In this document: piece after piece, positions 36,901-47,471 of the stretch
How positions within the stretch are numbered: the stretch's first letter is position 1
How the letters are laid out: the number at the start of each line of letters is the position of its first letter
From: Macrostomum hystrix
Taxonomy: Eukaryota; Animalia; Platyhelminthes
DNA: 64,000 nucleotides
Assembly (NCBI GenBank): GCA_950097015.1
Contig: CATNEN010000001.1
Location: 22,568,001-22,632,000 of the forward strand
Reading direction: 5' to 3'
Made by a program: the position numbers and the translations under genes
The notes under the pieces: model-generated
Seen by the model: only the letters and a program-made list of their open reading frames with translations
Database searches by the model: none
Told to the model about the DNA's origin: nothing

Positions 36901-38790
36901 GGACTCTGATGGTTCTACAAGATCGTGATCTAGTAATTGGCGGACATGTTCGCTGACAAACTCACGCTGCTCAGGGCTCTGCTTTCGCAGTGGAATTCGA
37001 ACTGGAATCTCGTCGGTCGTCTCAATCTTAAATTCGCCGACGCGGGTCTTTCCAATGTCCCACTGATTCTGCGAAATCATACCTTGATACCTGTGTAGCA
37101 ACTCAATTACTTTCAGTTGCTGATTTGCTGTCAGATCAGTCTCATCCAGTCTAAATTGATCCCTTATCTTAGTTGCTTCGCTCAGCGTGGGGATCCTCTT
37201 CTGATCTTGCCGCTGCTCGGCTGGCTCAGCTTTATCTACAAGAAAAATCTCTAACTCTTCGTTCGCTGGCTCATACTCAGCAATAACCTCATTCTCATGA
37301 ATGGTCTTCTCATGCTCGGTTGGGTTCATGACCCTAACAAAGGTTTCGCCGAATTCATCTAGCGACGTTAGTCCCTTTGCAACTAGAATCGACTGATCCT
37401 CATCCTGACCGCTTTTCCTGGTAACAAAACCGTACTCAGCTGCATCAGGGGTCTCCCTACATTTGACTTTAATAAATTTCTCACTCAGTGCCGGAATCTT
37501 TGCCATGCTGGTTACTTGCAGTAGCACGCAACGTGCACTTTCATCTGCAGTGGTTAGTCTAATCCGAATGTTATTAAATTCTAGCGTCTTCTCAGCTATA
37601 TCGAGCTTAATTCGGTGACGGGTCAACAAATCGAGACCAATAATCGAAGTGGTTAGCAGGTCTTCTGCGACAAAGAACGGGTGGATCACCTCGCTCTGTC
37701 CGATTCTAACTCTTAAGGACACCTGGCCCAACAGTCTGGTAGACTGGCTGTTGGCCGATTTCATGTTAATAGCGCACGGTTTTAATGCGGCTTTACAGGA
37801 GAAGAGCCGGTCAAATAGACTCTTGTCAATCACGCAGTGCGACGCTCCCGTATCAATCAAAATTTCTTCACTAACGCCGTTCAACTGACTGTGCAGAAAT
37901 AAACCTGAGTTTATGGCCTGATTGGAAATAATCGGTTGGACAAATCCGGCTGCCTGCTTTTTTGCAAGCTTCTCTCCGGCTGCGGCTTCAACCTGCACGG
38001 AGTTTTCGAGCCTATTCATTTCCTTTCTAAATTCTCTTATTTCTTTCTTCAGTTCCTCAACTTCCTTAGACTTCAGCCTCTCCTCTGGCTTCCTCACAGT
38101 CTGTTGCTGTGGAGCTCTACTAGTTACAGGCTCTCGCTGCTTTGCAGCTGCTTTTGCAGTCTTCACAGGTGCTTTCATTTGCACTTCTTGGCGCAATTGC
38201 CGAATCTCTTCTCGCAGCTCTGACAGTTCATTTGCTGCCGCTGCATCTACGGACTTTCGCTGCTCAGTCTCACTGACTCTTAATTCAATGCCGTTTAATT
38301 TTCGGCGGTTGGCGTCAAAGGCCTGGCTCTGAGCTCTGCGCTCTGCCTTCTCTGTTTCGATTCCTGCGCAATCGGCGCAACTACAATAGGATTCTACTGA
38401 CTCCGATATTGAATTAATAGACTGTTCGCTGTGTCCGCAGCATTCTACCTCTAAGGCGCGCTGCTTGTTACTATGAGTAGTATCACTAGCCCTAATAAAA
38501 GAAAAACTAGCTCGCTTCCTCAAATACAATAATAAATCGTAATTAGTTACTCCGCACGTGTCCCGCAAATGAAAGAAAATCTCCTTGCCTCTCCTATCTC
38601 TGAGGAATCCGTAGCCTCTGTTATAATTGTACCACACTAATTTTCCGAACTCTACGTTATTAAGCTTAATCTGCCGTGCGTCATTAATCACATCTCTCTG
38701 CTCAACCGGCCTTCGGTTATTGCCGGGGGTAAATAAATTTAGTGGCGGGGAACGGTCAACCCCCCTCTGCTGCCGTTCCGCTTGCAGTTT
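33919..38790 (-). CDS. pol: Pol polyprotein expressed by -1 frameshift: cold-shock-like domain, coiled coils, aspartic protease, RT, RNase H, integrase
   Basis: ILIDTGAS protease; LPFGVTNGPACFQR and LYLDD RT; VLDVDASD...TDHAAL RNase H; HNQMAH...CPEC and HIDY...SDRG...NGKCE integrase; GPY module. The frame is open back to the slippery site. Confidence 0.96.
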   Translation of the reverse strand, partial: KLQAERQQRGVDRSPPLNLFTPGNNRRPVEQRDVINDARQIKLNNVEFGKLVWYNYNRGYGFLRDRRGKEIFFHLRDTCGVTNYDLLLYLRKRASFSFIRASDTTHSNKQRALEVECCGHSEQSINSISESVESYCSCADCAGIETEKAERRAQSQAFDANRRKLNGIELRVSETEQRKSVDAAAANELSELREEIRQLRQEVQMKAPVKTAKAAAKQREPVTSRAPQQQTVRKPEERLKSKEVEELKKEIREFRKEMNRLENSVQVEAAAGEKLAKKQAAGFVQPIISNQAINSGLFLHSQLNGVSEEILIDTGASHCVIDKSLFDRLFSCKAALKPCAINMKSANSQSTRLLGQVSLRVRIGQSEVIHPFFVAEDLLTTSIIGLDLLTRHRIKLDIAEKTLEFNNIRIRLTTADESARCVLLQVTSMAKIPALSEKFIKVKCRETPDAAEYGFVTRKSGQDEDQSILVAKGLTSLDEFGETFVRVMNPTEHEKTIHENEVIAEYEPANEELEIFLVDKAEPAEQRQDQKRIPTLSEATKIRDQFRLDETDLTANQQLKVIELLHRYQGMISQNQWDIGKTRVGEFKIETTDEIPVRIPLRKQSPEQREFVSEHVRQLLDHDLVEPSESEWSCPIVLARKKNGEFRFCCDFRQLNNKTKKDSFPLPLIQESLESLAGNQYFSTLDMVGAYWSVKVRESDREKLAFRTHDGLFQWKVLPFGVTNGPACFQRIMQRILGDYAYKFALLYLDDVICTGKNFEEMLRNLDLIFARLEEAGMKIKPEKTFLFRKEVEFLGHTVCQHGVYTSKDKIEKVQRWPRPENISELRGFLGLAGYYRRFIKDFARISEPLNNLTRKDVKYHWNEECQKAFELLKEKLTHAPVLSYPRFDKEAGPFVLDVDASDSAIGGNLLQEQDGEEKVIAYASHPLNQHQLNYCTTMKEMYALIYFLEHYRPYLIGRHFKIRTDHAALQWLRKCHGAKGMLGRWNMILEQFDQFEVISRMEEYDFTIEYRQGLSHGNADALSRRPSRDGPPKKYHEECPTCNTARKPDGIDCGAIDISSPAGVVELQDGQPELLKLKTRLLAREQCPPKIEWIGMHRSYKSLYSDYDKLTVDSNIIYRCYRDHEGREFKQIVLPESEQLEKQLFERYHNQMAHGGISKTRDLIRQRFWWPNYSANLERYIKTCPECQTRKKYGPNLRAPLEPELSSYMGEKVHIDYAGPFDTTQRGNKYLLLMVDHFTGWMEVKALRDCTAESTAWTLYTEWICRYGAPEAFISDRGASFTADIVKSLTENFRIDLRHTTSYHPQANGKCERMVRVVKDGIKLARDELDLAWDEVLPHVVMVQRSAINESNKFSPFEMLFARKMRLPVDAEIGLPPPEQKTADRHVHELYRKCMETFRVARQRQSVAITRMKTNYDAKVFQNFYKPNDLVWLSNGHKQFNTNRKWVGPYRVLEVTGSGKCLRIEPGPKFHGIEQPDRIHEIVSVDRVKPCYLSEEKLCAWRGIVGAGAPEVEPEEEYPDIEIDWPPHQVAPRQAPSQIPVPNRQAMPSVPRVPVIPVRTEIPRATLVVPTARGGAVPPAVVNREGRGRRPRGQREELPVQERWAPRLRNRACIRPPSRLDL

Positions 38791-38793
38791 AAA
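38725..38793 (-). promoter_or_regulatory. -1 programmed ribosomal frameshift signal (T TTA AAC + stem/pseudoknot)
   Basis: Heptamer at 38793-38787 is in the correct gag phase (CCT TTA AAC), and the -1 frame runs into pol. Downstream GGAACGG/CCGTTCC stem; loop GGGGGT is complementary to downstream ACCCCC. Confidence 0.85.
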
Positions 38794-40043
38794 GGCTGTA
38801 GTCTCTGGGGACAGTCTCGCGCTACATGACCTGGTTGGTCGCAGATGTAACAGGTTCTGGGTCGTGCAGTAGGCGCATTCGCTCCCGCAGGATTGAAACG
38901 GTCATTGGCTGGTTGGCCTCGCCAACCTGACTGCCTTTCGACACCAGTCTGCTGTCTAGTGGGATTAAACTGCCTAGGTGGAAACATTCTGTTGTAACTG
39001 CTCATCTGCGGATTAAAATACGGTTGTGGCTGCGTCTGAGCCGGCGGTCTCATTGGCCGCTGAGTCTGCATCGATGCGAATTGCGGTCGCTGTTCCTGCC
39101 GGTAAAAGTACGGCGAACTCTCAGTGCGAAATTGCGGTGGTGGATAATAATTCGGTTCCTCTATCTGCTCAAACTGCGAGCTCTGCCTAGCGGCTTTGCC
39201 ACGGAACTGTGCCTGCTTGACGGGTTCAACCTGGGAAACCAAAGTCTCAGGCGGTTCCGCTTTTCTTCTACCCTTAGCCCCTTGGCTTGCCAGCTCATCG
39301 AGGATCTCCTCGTTCTTGGCTGCTGCGAGCAAATCCATGGCGGTATAAGCGTCGCCTCTGGACCGTCTGATAGAAATGACAGCCCGCCTAATTTTGTAAT
39401 TCAAAATTCCGGCTTCAAATCGCTCAGAAATTCTTTCTCTGGCCTGATTTTCAAGGCCTGCCTTCCGAACTAATTCAACAAGAGCGTCATAAAAGTGCTC
39501 AATGCTCTCGCCTTCCTGTTGTTTCCGGTTCATCAACTGAATTTTTGCTTCTTCCTGCTGGGCAACTGGCCTGAATTTCTGCTGCAAACTCTCAACTAAT
39601 CGTGGGTAAGCGAGGTTCGGGTCAAGGCCTAGATTAATATAAATCTTGTAAGCTTCTTCATCCAGCAAAGACAATAATTGGCAGGCTCTGGCATCAGCCT
39701 CAATGGCGTTACCTTGGCAATAGTTAGTAAAAATCTTTAGAAAAACTTCAAAGTCTCCTCCGACAGCATAAGGCTTGGGTTTCGCTACTGAATTATTATT
39801 CCTATAAATAAGTCTAGGGGCAGCTCTCAAATTCTGGATCTGATTCTGCAGATCGGTAATTAAAGCTCTTAGTTGGTTATTGTCAGCTGCTAAGTTCTCT
39901 ACTACTGCGGCTTGAGCATTGACCTGTGGGTCGGCTAAGTTTTGACCTTGGTCTGGCCCGAGAGCAGGGCCTTCATTCTGTTCATTGGCTACGGCCGCAG
40001 GGTCTGGGCCAGCACCTCTAATTTCAACTCCTACACCCGCCAT
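38739..40043 (-). CDS. gag: Gag with C-terminal CCHC zinc knuckle
   Basis: ATG at 40043; capsid-like RKQQEGESIEHFYDAL; CYICDQPGHVARDC. Confidence 0.93.
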   Translation of the reverse strand: MAGVGVEIRGAGPDPAAVANEQNEGPALGPDQGQNLADPQVNAQAAVVENLAADNNQLRALITDLQNQIQNLRAAPRLIYRNNNSVAKPKPYAVGGDFEVFLKIFTNYCQGNAIEADARACQLLSLLDEEAYKIYINLGLDPNLAYPRLVESLQQKFRPVAQQEEAKIQLMNRKQQEGESIEHFYDALVELVRKAGLENQARERISERFEAGILNYKIRRAVISIRRSRGDAYTAMDLLAAAKNEEILDELASQGAKGRRKAEPPETLVSQVEPVKQAQFRGKAARQSSQFEQIEEPNYYPPPQFRTESSPYFYRQEQRPQFASMQTQRPMRPPAQTQPQPYFNPQMSSYNRMFPPRQFNPTRQQTGVERQSGWRGQPANDRFNPAGANAPTARPRTCYICDQPGHVARDCPQRLQPLNCKRNGSRGGLTVPRH

Positions 40044-40349
40044 GTACAATTTTTATGAGTCACTGATAAGAAAGTCTGCGCGGGCGCTTATCTATAATAA
40101 AATCTAACTAACCGAGGCAATAAAATTTCAATCGACCAATTGTACTAACACTGACCTTTTAAGTTTGTAGCAAAAATAATAATAAGGTGGAATCTTTAAT
40201 TAGATTGCAGAATAACTATATCAATATAAATACCGTGGAGGTATGTACTTCTCCAGGCTATCTCTACAGCAGAACTCTTAAACTTTCTTCTTAACAGGAA
40301 TTCTCCTTTCTCTCAATAGAAATCAATCCTCCTTCAATAGAAATCTCTC

Positions 40350-40365
40350 CTCCCTAGAGGCTCCA
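40350..40365 (-). promoter_or_regulatory. Primer-binding site TGGAGCCTCTAGGGAG
   Basis: Lies 2 nt inside the 5' LTR and starts TGG (complement of tRNA CCA); tRNA identity not determined. Confidence 0.8.
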
Positions 40366-40367
40366 AA

Positions 40368-41524
40368 TGTGATATTTTGACTTAGGTCTCTCTTTACGTT
40401 GAGATTCCTAAATGAGGTCGGGTGTCCTACTCTTTGTGAGAGATTCTCTTTTCGCAACTCGAAAATAACGAAGACAAGACGATTCAAATTCCAAGCTAAA
40501 CAGCTGATATTTAAGTGTTAATTAGTAAATAAGAGAAAGCTATGATCACTGATCAATTCCCCTGGCAGCGCTCTTTTCGTCCCCTGCCAGGTACTGTACT
40601 TAATTCAATCCAATTCACAATTCGCACTAACAAAATCTCGATAACCGCAACACAAAACACGAACTCTACTCGATAATACGACACGATAAACAACACAAAT
40701 AAATCCTAGACAAACAGATAGTCCCTATAACAAACAAGACAAATAACGCGAAACCTAACCAAAATCCCTAACATAAAACCGAGGCGACCAGCAAGCACTT
40801 CTGCACTATGGCACAACGATAGTTCTATCGTGCCACACCTAATGTCTGTTCGACGGCGTCCCACCGATGATTGTCGGCGATATGGAGAGTGCTTCCGTGC
40901 TTGCCAATCCCTATCTAACACTCCGTCAGCAGTTGGCCAGACGTACCGAGCTCAGCGCAAGCTACTTACTGACGTGGGGTTGAGTGTGGGGGTTTTCTTT
41001 GACTAACTAGTTGGACCGGTTTACCTGTCCCGGTATCTATTTACTAGGATGCGTAACACGAATGAGAACAATATCAAGATCAAGAGCAAGAGCAAGGTCA
41101 AACGCGAGACCAGAATCACATGAGAACAATATTTCAGCGCAATAGTCAGTTTTATAGTCAAGCGCCCGCCCCAGCCCTCATCAAAGCCTGGGTGCCGGCC
41201 GCGCCGCTTGTTCTTCTGCCAGGTCGACCCTGCCGGTTAACGAACCGGCTGCTGATTGGCCCGGCTCGGGGTGTCGCACTTAAGTCGGTTCACTTCAATC
41301 GGCTAGCCGTCCTCCCATTGGTTGGGCCCACCAGACCAGGGCTAGTCTGATGCCTTGGCTGTAGAGCAGGGGTGACCGGCCGGTCGCGTGTTAGGCCTGG
41401 CTGGGGTGCGCATGTACAAACAACTAACCTATCAGATACATTAAAATAATTCATAATATTGACGTGCGCGAATAAGTTACTACAAGTAGAAATATACGCA
41501 TTATAAAAACATGCCGACACTACA
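40368..41524 (-). repeat. 5' LTR
   Basis: Matches 32130-33286 by inspection. Confidence 0.96.
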
Positions 41525-41599
41525 AAGTGGCCCACTGGCTCATTGCCGACCCCTAGCTGCTAAATACCAGACCAAATAACTCAAGTATACACTGGGGTC

Positions 41600-41800
41600 A
41601 CTGGCTAGATTTGCAGCCGACAGCACAGCGGAGCTATTGCGCGGCTCATCTGAAGACTGCGTACAGCTGTACAGTCCATGGACTGGGGGGACACCACACC
41701 CACCTTCAATTATCCCAGCGAATGCTGGTACCATTTAACAGCTGGGTGAACTAAAGCAATGCAGAGTAAATTAAGTGTCTTGCTAAAGGACACAAATTGT
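41600..41800 (-). mobile_element. SINE copy lacking the tRNA head
   Basis: Homologous to 18120-18310. Confidence 0.75.
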
Positions 41801-42812
41801 CTCACATGAATACAGCAGACCAAATAACCCTAGCTAGTACCAACAGCTAGCAATAGCTAGTGAATGCTATAATTTTTATGACACTTTAGGGTCTGACATA
41901 CAGAGGTAGTATATATGTTTAGTAAGCTTTTAAGTTAAAAAATACATGCATAGTACCTTTTTAGACAAACTGAACCTGTACACATGTATTATTTAAACCA
42001 ATGGCTCAAAATTAATTTGAGTTACAATTGATAGTAGCTATCAATTGTGGGTTAGGTGTTAAGTATTTCACAAAAGGATCATGATTAGTCAAGCCCTTAC
42101 TATGTGACCAGCAGTTCTCAGATGCACTGATGTAAGGAAAGCAGTTGCTATAGGTAGTACTGCCTTAAGCCAGTCAAAAATGCCACCATTCCAGCTAGTG
42201 TGATAAGTACCTGTTCAATAATGTTGAATATTTTAATAGCTGAAAAACTTATTACTATTAGCCATTTAAATTAGTCTGATAAAAAATGTTCGAGCTACAA
42301 TTAAAACTAGTAACTCACCAGTCAGCTGAATTTATTTAATAGAACACTCTTGCCGAAACCTAGTCTTGTTTCGTCTGTCTTTGAATTTCTTTTATTTGTT
42401 TAATTCCTTCAAGATTCTTTTGATTGCTTCTCATTTGATTCCTCTGAGATTTCAGTGCTGAGTGCTCTTAAAAATCGATAATCATACTAATATCTGTTCA
42501 TACGATCTTGATTAAAATGATACGAATTTGATTGAGACCACTAAATTTCAGATAGAGCGCTCAATTTTGCCTCAATTACTCTGTGCTCAGCTGTGACCAA
42601 GTAAAAGAAAGAGAATTCAATACTTTGTTCTCAGTGTCTATTGCAAGGCAAAATAGCCCCTCCACTTATTCTCTTCTGTAGCTGCTCAAAGCTTGAAAAA
42701 CACGAGTCTGAAGATTATTTACACGCGTTTCTGGCCTTCTCAGAAGATCTTAACTTCAGATATCAGATATCCATTACTTTTGCATATGGATAATATGGAT
42801 AATATGGATAAT

Positions 42813-42880
<68 letters not shown>
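42813..42880 (+). repeat. (CAG)n microsatellite (~22 units) inside a possible polyQ exon (42785-42977)
   Basis: MDNMDNMDN-polyQ reading frame, followed by an AAG|GTAGGT donor-like site. Confidence 0.85.
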
Positions 42881-44627
42881 CCAGGAGCAGCAGGCGCAGC
42901 AGCAGGGCCCTGGCTCACCGTGGCTTATAGAGCCACACACGGTGGGCCAGGGCAAACGAATTGTGTGGAAGGTGAAGGTAGGTGCCGGGGCATCTGCCAA
43001 CTTCACCCCGCCCCGGCACCTACCTTCGGGCGGAAAGAAATAAAAGGATTGTTAAACCACGTACTTTTTGCTATTTTATACTAATGGTTCTTCGCAATTC
43101 TTGACAGTTTTTATAACAATTCTTAAAATATGCTTTTAAACATCCTAAAAAATATATACCCGGTTTTGCAGGTTTTACTTTCCTTTAAAATCTTCATATT
43201 GGTGCTAGGTGGTAAAACTAAATCTCTTTTTAGCCATTAGCTACACGTCGTTTAACAAGCTGCAACTCACACCACAAATGCAAACACAATATTACAATAA
43301 AGCTACATGCACTCACTTTTAATATGATATAGTAGCTAAATGCTATAACGTTAGTCTTTTTGTCGTACGTGCCGCACTTCGTGTCTAACCATGCAGCTCA
43401 TTCCATAAGCAAACTCCAAGCATTCGCTTAGAGTTGGATGCATGCCCTTGTTGCCATTGGATAAAGCAACTATTAAAGGTGCATGTTTTTACTAAATAAT
43501 GATATTTGCGCCTTAAAACTCCTTTTCGCCTTTCAGAGCACTGATTCAGAGCACTAATTCAGAGCACGCCTTTCAGAGCCTGCAGCGCCATAAGATTTTT
43601 GGATATCTATGCCTTCGTGTCTTTATATTTATTTCACACTTATTTATTTATTACATGCACTGCATGCATTAAGTATTTATAAATTGCTTTAGCTTTGAAC
43701 GACAACAAACATATTTATTGAGCTATTGCACCTTGCTTTGTGTTTAAGATGCACTTAAGATGCATGCATGCAATTAGCTTCTTAGAATGACTTGATATAA
43801 TAGCTGGCATCTGTCCCTTAAAGGCTTGCTGAAATGTAGCTGAAATTCATAGTTGACTAGGGATCAATTCAAAAGCAAAAACTGTATACTGTCAAATTCC
43901 AATTTTAGTTTTCCCCGTTCCAGAAAATCCTGAGACGTGTGTTGCAAGGTGGTCGGCAGAAAATGTACCGACGAGACATCGCTCTTAGCTTTTACCTCGG
44001 ATGTACAGGTATGCAGTTACTTTCTTCTTAAGCAGTTTGAGTTTAAATTCACATTAGGAATTCAAAATGAGATAAATGAATTGATCTAACCCTCTGCAGC
44101 ATGGGGAATTTCAGTCAGCGTCGAGCACAAGTTTGCCCAGCGTCCCGGCTAGCTGCATCTGGCCGAGTTTAGCAGGTTAGAGAACGACAGCGACCTTCAC
44201 GAACTCCTTGTCATGTCAATAGAGTTCCACGGCTGCACTCGCAACAACGTTGTGTGCTTTTTGTTTTTTAGTTTATGAAATAATGTGCAGCAACAATTAG
44301 TTTATTTATAGTATAGCATTTATAAGTACTCGTAGATCTCATACTTTTATAGGAAACAGTCGGTCTCAATTACATGTCTTCAAAATCAAGGTTTAATTAC
44401 AGATGATAAGTCATGCATGGACAATATGAGAAAACACAAGAAAACAGAACAAAACATGGTCGTAAGAAACAATAGTTTACATGAGTGAAGTAGCGCAACT
44501 GACAATCAGACAATCCGTGATGTAATTCTGAGTCATTGTCTGGATCATGTGATTTCTAGGGCAATGTAGGGATTTCTGAGGTATTAATTAAATTATGGGA
44601 TTTCTGATTTGGGTGTCATTTTGTCTG

Positions 44628-44948
44628 TCATTTTTCTAAAAAAAGTTTTACTTTCTCGTGGTCGAAGTGAAATTTGTAAAAGTGCTTGTCTCTTGGGTGG
44701 GTCTTGGTGATAAGCTTGTCCTCGTAGTAATGCCTCAGCGCTCGCTTCATCGTTTCAAAGCTCATGTCCCGCCGCTTGTAACTGCCCCAGGCCTCTGCTA
44801 GGCCGGTTGGGTTTAGAATTTGGAAAATGCCCTCCAGCTTGTTCTCCCAGCGCAAGCAGGGTGGCGACAGGTCAGCGACAGACGGAGTTTCGAGAAACTG
44901 GTACAGAAACTCCCACAGCCAAAAATTCCTGTCTGAGGTTGGGCAATG
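44628..44948 (-). CDS. ETS-domain transcription factor exon (copy A)
   Basis: LWEFLYQFLE...CLRWENKLEGIFQILNPTGLAEAWGSYKRRDMSFETMKRALRHYY...HFYKF; preceded by a TTAG acceptor. Confidence 0.88.
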   Translation of the reverse strand, partial: HCPTSDRNFWLWEFLYQFLETPSVADLSPPCLRWENKLEGIFQILNPTGLAEAWGSYKRRDMSFETMKRALRHYYEDKLITKTHPRDKHFYKFHFDHEKVKLFLEK

Positions 44949-45020
44949 CTAAGTTTTGATAGCTAATTGTTGTTAAATACTAAAGATTCTCAAATCCCAA
45001 TTTTTCGCAGCTCAAAAACA

Positions 45021-45450
45021 CTAACCGATGCCAGCACGCTTCTTCCTTGTTCTTTTTATGACGCCTGGCGGCTGCACATGCGTTGGGAGATGCGAAGTGG
45101 GCGGATCAAGCGAATGAACCCAGCAAAGGGAGCAATCAATCGCCGAAGCATTCAGTCGCTGCTGCGGATGCTGTTGCTGTCCGATGGACCAGATGGACTC
45201 CGATGCGCTCATGGCCCCAGTGTCATCTTCGTTGGCAACCGGCTTGTACAAATCGAAGAGGGCAGCGCTTTCGTAAGACTGGAGGTCACTGAATTCGCAG
45301 CGCATCACGGCGAAGTCCAAATTGTCTAGACTGCCCAGGTCATCGACGGGCTGGTAAGAATAAATGGGTTTGCGATTAGCTTGTCTCCCGTGAACAATCA
45401 ATCTAGACACCGTGTCCCATAGCTAGACAATCTAGCCACTCTCCGCAATC
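45021..45450 (-). pseudogene. Upstream exon of ETS copy A
   Basis: NRKPIYSYQPVDDL...AALFDLYKPVA is homologous to 53092-53560. Confidence 0.55.
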
Positions 45451-46829
45451 AAGTGTTGCTATAGTAACTGTCTTTCTAGCTATAAGCTAGCTACCTAGAA
45501 AATCTACGAGATTTTGATATACTCCTAGTAGATACCCACTGTCTCCCATAGAACTACCAGTCACTGTCTCGAATCATAGATTTACCTTTAGGGATTCAGT
45601 TGTATTTCGGCTATCAAAATTCATTGTCCCAGTGTCTGGCACAGCCTCTAAGAGGAACCAGTTAATATTACTCTTGGCTGCTTCCGCTTTGTTGCTTATA
45701 GTTGTTGGAAAAAATATTGTGGCCGTGTCTCCGCTTTAGACAGCTAGCCAAATCAAGTTAAAATGTAAGGTATCTATGCTACCCTAAAGAAACGCTTTGT
45801 TTGTCTAGTCTAGACTCTAGTGACTCTAGACTCTTATCTCTGCTGTGTATTTTACTTCCCCTCGGGATCTCTCAAAATTTAGTTGGGTTAGACCATGAAA
45901 TTCCCCAGGCTATTGTATTGTCTACAATTACGGTTGTAGACAATAATCAGTAATTATATTTCTCATTGCCATTGTCAATGACAGTTGTTCGTTGTTGTTG
46001 TTGTTGTTGTATTGTCAATGACACTGATCCCTTTACAAATTTGGTAATATACGTTTATAATTTTGATTATTGGCAATCATTCTATACAAAGATAAATACT
46101 CGTATGTAAATTGGGTTTAAAACATTCCGAATTTCTTCCAGATATTCTCCATGAACACCTGACGCCCGGTACACGGTCAGGTGCGTCGAGAAATGGAAGC
46201 TGCGGATGACATTGATATTAGTGTCTATTCTAAGATTGCTCCTCAGAAGTTCGAGCGTCATGAAACTGTTGCCGTACTGTTTAGTTTAGCGGCATAATCA
46301 CTGCAATATAACTGTTCGGCGTGAGAAACAAATTCGAAAATAAGTTTTTACTAATTAATAGTCACAACAGGCATTTTGTACGAAAGAAAAACTCAAAGTG
46401 CCTTTATCAGGTAAAGGCGGGCTCTTTTATTATTGCTCTTTAAGCTTTCCCATTTTTATTTCTGTAATTTACTGTTGGTCTGTTCAATTTCACTCTTCTT
46501 CAGATGCTTTGCATTTAGTACCCTGCAGATATTTAATTCTACAAAACATTCCGGTTTGAGTGCAATCCAAATCCTATCCCAGGCCTATCCCATATGTATA
46601 CAGATACTTGGTGTTTACTTTTTTCTCCCGCGATGCATCCATTTACTATTTATACAGAAAATTAAACGTTCTTTGTGCGGCAATTAAGCAGCCACAGTCA
46701 GACTTATTCTTTATACTGAACTGCGTTAGAAATTTATATTCATTTTCGTTGACTCTTACATCTTTAATTTCGAAATTTAAACGTTCATTTTAGTTCATTT
46801 CATTGTTTAAAACTTTTTATCTGGGGGAT

Positions 46830-47010
46830 TATCACCAATCTGGGATTGTAACCAAACTGAGGATCTGGGATAATTGTCATTAAACTGAGGATCTAGGATT
46901 GTCCCGAAACTGAGGATCTGGGATTGTCACGAAACTGAGAATCTGGGGTTGTCACCAAACTGAGGATCTGGGATTGTCACCAAACTGAGGATCTGGGATA
47001 ATTGTCATTA
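46830..47010. repeat. 25-bp minisatellite AAACTGAGGATCTGGGATTGTCACC
   Basis: Units at 46882, 46907, 46932, 46957 and 46982. Confidence 0.9.
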
Positions 47011-47471
47011 ACCTCTTCAAACCTAAGCTCTAACGCCTACACAGTCAGTTCTGCCGGATGGCCAGCAGGACTGGCCATAGACTATTTTTGCTCGCTTCTT
47101 TACTCTCTTAACCTCCGGTAAACAAAAATAAGCCCAGACCTTCCCTATTTTCAGTCTCTTTTTCTCTCCAAAAAATGGCTTTAGCCCCCAGACGCTCTTT
47201 AAGAGTTGCGGCCTTAGAAGCCAGACGCGCTCTAGGCTTGCACAGTGATTCAGAAAGCAGCTCAGACGGCGAAACGGAATCTGACAATTCTGAATTTGAA
47301 GAAGGAACTGGAGATGAAGGAATGGACGAAACACAGCAGACTCCACAGAGATTCAAGAATGCCATAAAATGTAGAGGAACTCGCCAACAAACATCACAAT
47401 CGCGATCCAAACGCGCAATGCAAAAGGCCTATTTTGACCACCTGAGCTGTTGCGTCGGCTGCTCAAACTAG
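47008..47471 (+). mobile_element. Possible piggyBac-like 5' end with acidic N-terminal ORF fragment
   Basis: TTAA|CCTCTT start and an ORF containing SDSESSSDGETESDNSEFEE; no catalytic region or second terminus found. Confidence 0.3.

Larger units (their letters stand above)
32130..41524 (-). mobile_element. Full-length Ty3/Gypsy LTR retrotransposon (9395 bp)
   Basis: Two 1157-bp LTRs, 4-bp TSD AAGT (32126-29, 41525-28), PBS, PPT, uninterrupted gag and pol with PR-RT-RH-IN order. Confidence 0.97.

Noticed and set aside
34077-39473. Plus-strand ORFs opposite gag/pol, and minus-strand ORFs at 413-2928
   Set aside because: Shadow ORFs of GC-rich coding sequence with no recognisable motifs.
42812-43006. 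Poly-Cys, poly-Ser and poly-Leu ORFs (also 26875-27183, 26910-27146)
   Set aside because: Alternative-frame translations of CAG repeats.
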